From assembly GCF_001194135.2 (NCBI RefSeq), contig NC_068985.1, positions 21,765,188 to 21,829,187 of the forward strand: DNA of 64,000 nt. The letters are read 5' to 3'. The DNA is from Octopus bimaculoides (Eukaryota). The position numbers and the translations under genes were made by a program. Every line of letters starts with the position of its first letter. The stretch's first letter is position 1. Under the pieces are notes generated by a model. It worked only from the letters and a program-made list of their open reading frames with translations, did not search any database and had not been told where the DNA came from. This document shows positions 60,514 to 64,000 of this stretch, piece by piece.

Positions 60514-62298
60514 TATTAATTTTGTGCAGTGGGTAAATGAAATTTGAAAATTTTCTTTAGAATCTTCTATTGGATTGATACAAAAGAAATAGTTATTGCT
60601 GTGAGAGCTAATGGACTCATTTGGACCATCAATACCTACCACTGACTATGAAGTGGAACCGAACCTGTGATAAAAGTTATTTTGCATATGGATGTTTTAA
60701 AAGGAATAACCGATTCTCTAAGATAATTTGTGTGTGTACAAGTCTGTGTTTAAATACACATGCATTCAAGAATATATTTATATCTCTTCTTTTAATTACC
60801 TGTTTGTGAATGTCAAGGAAATTATATATGTGTGTATGTGTACATTAAATGTTGTATGTGTTTGTTTTGAACTATACACACATGTATGTTATAGAGCAAG
60901 TATTTGTACATTTTTGTAGATAAGACACCCCTCATTGAAATGTCCATCGTCCATTACAATACCAAGAGGACATTCCATGCATTTTTAATCTGTTTGAAAA
61001 CCCATTTCACATATATAAAGGAAATTTTCAAACTTTCCTTTGAAAATATTTGGCACATTTGTGAAATAGTTTTTCTGTACACTTTAAACAGAAACCAGAA
61101 TAAATATTTCCAACAAATTTTCTTTTTCCATTAGCACAGGGAAGGCTAGAAGATGTGGTATTATCATTTCATTCTTGAGTGAAGAATGGACAGTTTTTAC
61201 TGCATTTTTACCTTTTTATTTCATTTTATCCAATAATAACAATTTTAATTCATAAGATATGCATTTTGCCTTCTAGAGTTAAAACACAAAATTAGCAATC
61301 AACATAACAAATGCTTGAAGTGGTTGGCTGACCAACTTGAGACCTCTAGTTAATTGATTTTTATTTATTTGTTTCTTCAATGAAATTGCATCAAAACTTT
61401 AAAAGATTGCTGTGCGGATATAATATTTTTAAAGATTTTTAGATTAAGACAATAGTTCTGATTTTTTGGTGATTTTTTTTTCCTGCTTGTTTGGTATCAT
61501 TACATTCTTATCAATTAGGAAAACCTCATAGGAAATAGAGTTCTCTAAATTTTTAATAACAAGGAAAATCTGACAACAAAGAAGTTATGGAAAACATTTG
61601 GAATTCCAATTGTAAATTATAAAAGGAAAAGCATTCGAGATGCTTTTTTTTTTTATAATTTAGTTAATTTTAACATGATGATAAACATTCTTGAGCTCTT
61701 TTCCTTATGATTGCAATGTTTTATTCCCTTCACTCCTCTTTTGACTTCTGCCTTTATATCTGTTATGCCTGCTGCATATTATTACTTTTTGTATAATATC
61801 TGGCTTTCTTCAGACTAAAGGCTTTGAAGTTTGTTTTCTTTTGTGAGTGCGTGTATGTGTGTGTGTGTGTAGAAGTATATGAAAGTAAACTGTATTATTC
61901 TGGTGTACATAATCTCAGCTGACATCACATTGACGGTATCTTTTGACATTAAATTACTTTGTAAAATTTTTTATATAACAGTTTTTATTATGATTTCTAT
62001 ACTATCTTTTAATTTCAACTGTAAGGCAATTTTTAGAAAAGGTACATGTGATATTGGAAAAGTGTATACACAGCTAATAAAAAGAAAATTTATAATGGAC
62101 TAAGCTGTTTCCTAATATTTGGTGGGGTAGGAATATATTAATTGTTTATCCCTGTTTTTCTAATAATAAAATTCATGTTTCACCATTCTCACAATATTTT
62201 GTCATTCACTGTTCTACACAGGCGCGAAAGAAGAAAAATAATATAGTTATCTCCCTTAAGTATTTATAGTGAGACAATCCAAATAAGTAATTCATTTT

Positions 62299-62299
<1 letters not shown>

Positions 62300-62354
<55 letters not shown>

Positions 62355-62370
62355 ATATATATATATATAT
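62300..62370. repeat. (TA)n microsatellite
   Basis: Direct reading. Confidence 0.95.
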
Positions 62371-63719
62371 GGATATTTATAACTTAGTGCTACAACTATG
62401 TTATATATTTGTTGGCTAACTTGACATTTTGTGAATAGTGAACAAAAAGTCTGCCTAGTTCTCTTAAAAAAATACATCTATATAAATATATTATTAGATT
62501 TGCGGTGCTGTTCTGGAGAAATAGAAAGATATAAACAAATGTTCATGAGACTAATGGCTTTGTTGTCTGTAATTATGTCCCTTCCTATTCAGAATTCAAA
62601 TAAATGTCTTCGTCTTTGATCTATAAGCATCATTCTTATACTTCGTTCAATTTAGCTGACTGTACTCTTTTCCCTATAAATATTTAGCCTTATGTCAAAT
62701 GAGGGAATATTTTGTAGTATAATAGTAAGGCTCTGAACAGTAAAGGATTAGCCTTTACTGTAGCAGTATTAAATTTTGTCTTCATGTTCTAGGTTCAGAC
62801 CACACTGAGTCCAAATTTGCATTCCCCAAAGTCACTAGAATATGTACCAGTCAACCATATGGTCTTGTGCCAATGTGGATTAGCAAATCTGGAAAAGCAA
62901 CATTTTTCTCCTTCCCATTTTATTTTTATCTTTCACTTTTAACAGAAGGCATCCAGAATACTAGAGACTATCTCAGATATCAATACATTAAACAGTTTAG
63001 AGGTCTCAGTCTGTCTTCCTCTCCCTCTTCCCCTCACCCCTATAAGAATTGGACATGAAGCTATTGAAGTTTTGGGCATGGACGAGCTGTTGAAGTTTTG
63101 AATATTTGGATGCAGCACTGTGTTCTGCTTCTGACCATACATTTTTTTTTTTACCATTTAGTGAGTTGGGCCTGTATTACCACAATACCTATAAACATAT
63201 ATGGAGTGGGGCTCAGCCTGTTAAAACTCCTTAAACATTCCTTACAGGGGGGTAAATTGTGTAATTTCTACATCAGGACATGTACAATTGAAAACCCTCA
63301 CACCATAAAATTCTCACCTGTCATCCTTCATTTTTATAAAATATTGCTACTTTCATAAATAATTTTTTTTCTCTCATATCTTTAAAGCTGCTACAACCTT
63401 TAATTCCTCTTCAGCATCACTATAATTTCTGTATCATTTATTTCATATTACAATAGCACTGTAATAATACAAAAGTGACCATCGTGTGTCTCTAACTCAC
63501 TACTGAATGCTTAATTTTATTCTTATAGCTTGAATGGTACTTGAAAAATCTTTCATTTTAACATTTTTTTTTTATCCACTACATAAAAAGAAAATATTTA
63601 ACCGTTCTTTTAAACATACTAGCAGAAGGAATGTTTGTTTTAAATTTTATTTAACATTCTGTCATCATCGTTGTCATCATTATTTAACATCTGCTTTTCC
63701 ATGCTTGCATGGGTCAGCC

Positions 63720-64000
63720 TGCATTTGTTGAGGCAAATTGCTTATTGTTGGCTGTCACCAACTCTCACCTGTTTTCAAGCAAGGTAAATATTTCTCCATG
63801 GTTAGAAATGATTTTCGTGAAAGACTGGAAACGGACAACTTCACTTTGATGATGATGATGATGATGGTGATAGTGATGGTGATGATGATGATGATTTTAT
63901 AACCATCACATGCTATGTAGACAAGGGCATACACAACAACAGGCATGCACACACACATTATATATGATGGACTTCTTTCAGTTTCTGTCTTGTCTGCCAA
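63720..64000 (+). mobile_element. Interspersed repeat family E (CAAGCAAGGTAA...GAAAGACTGGAAACG)
   Basis: Homologous segments at 24040-24200, 29714-29815 and 43760-43870. Confidence 0.6.

Noticed and set aside
62737-62761. Perfect 10-bp hairpin ACAGTAAAGG/CCTTTACTGT
   Set aside because: Short enough to occur by chance in 64 kb; no U-tract or functional context
1-64000. CRISPR array, rRNA genes or prokaryotic/viral insert
   Set aside because: No regularly spaced repeat-spacer structure, rRNA signature or gene-dense segment; all tandem repeats are microsatellites or lie inside transposons

Overview
AT-rich, repeat-dense eukaryotic genomic DNA with four N gaps. The SINE families, RTE LINEs and microsatellite load resemble an octopus (coleoid cephalopod) scaffold; this is inference from remembered repeat types, not a database match. 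Two plus-strand genes can be assembled by hand from splice signals and intron phases. (1) A gene of about 13 exons (7696-32885) encoding a single PLAT/LH2 domain flanked by acidic, Ser-rich regions; one exon runs into an assembly gap. (2) SPSB3, a SPRY domain plus SOCS box protein, in 4 coding exons (49929-60513). Mobile DNA includes a CRE-like and two R4-like RLE retrotransposon fragments, an RTE LINE, a Penelope-like GIY-YIG fragment, a full-length decayed mariner, a Tc1 fragment, hAT-, Merlin- and piggyBac-like MITEs, and dozens of tRNA-derived SINEs. The most notable unexplained structures are a dense heat-shock-element array with TATA/Inr-like motifs about 770 bp upstream of SPSB3, pointing into a possible small antisense spliced gene; a complete minimal type I hammerhead ribozyme fold at 1376-1504 with an inverted half-copy at 55.3 kb; a 117-bp-arm foldback at 5.3 kb; and a candidate head-to-head minus-strand gene with a GC-AG first intron. 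Repeat boundaries are approximate; exon boundaries were counted base by base.
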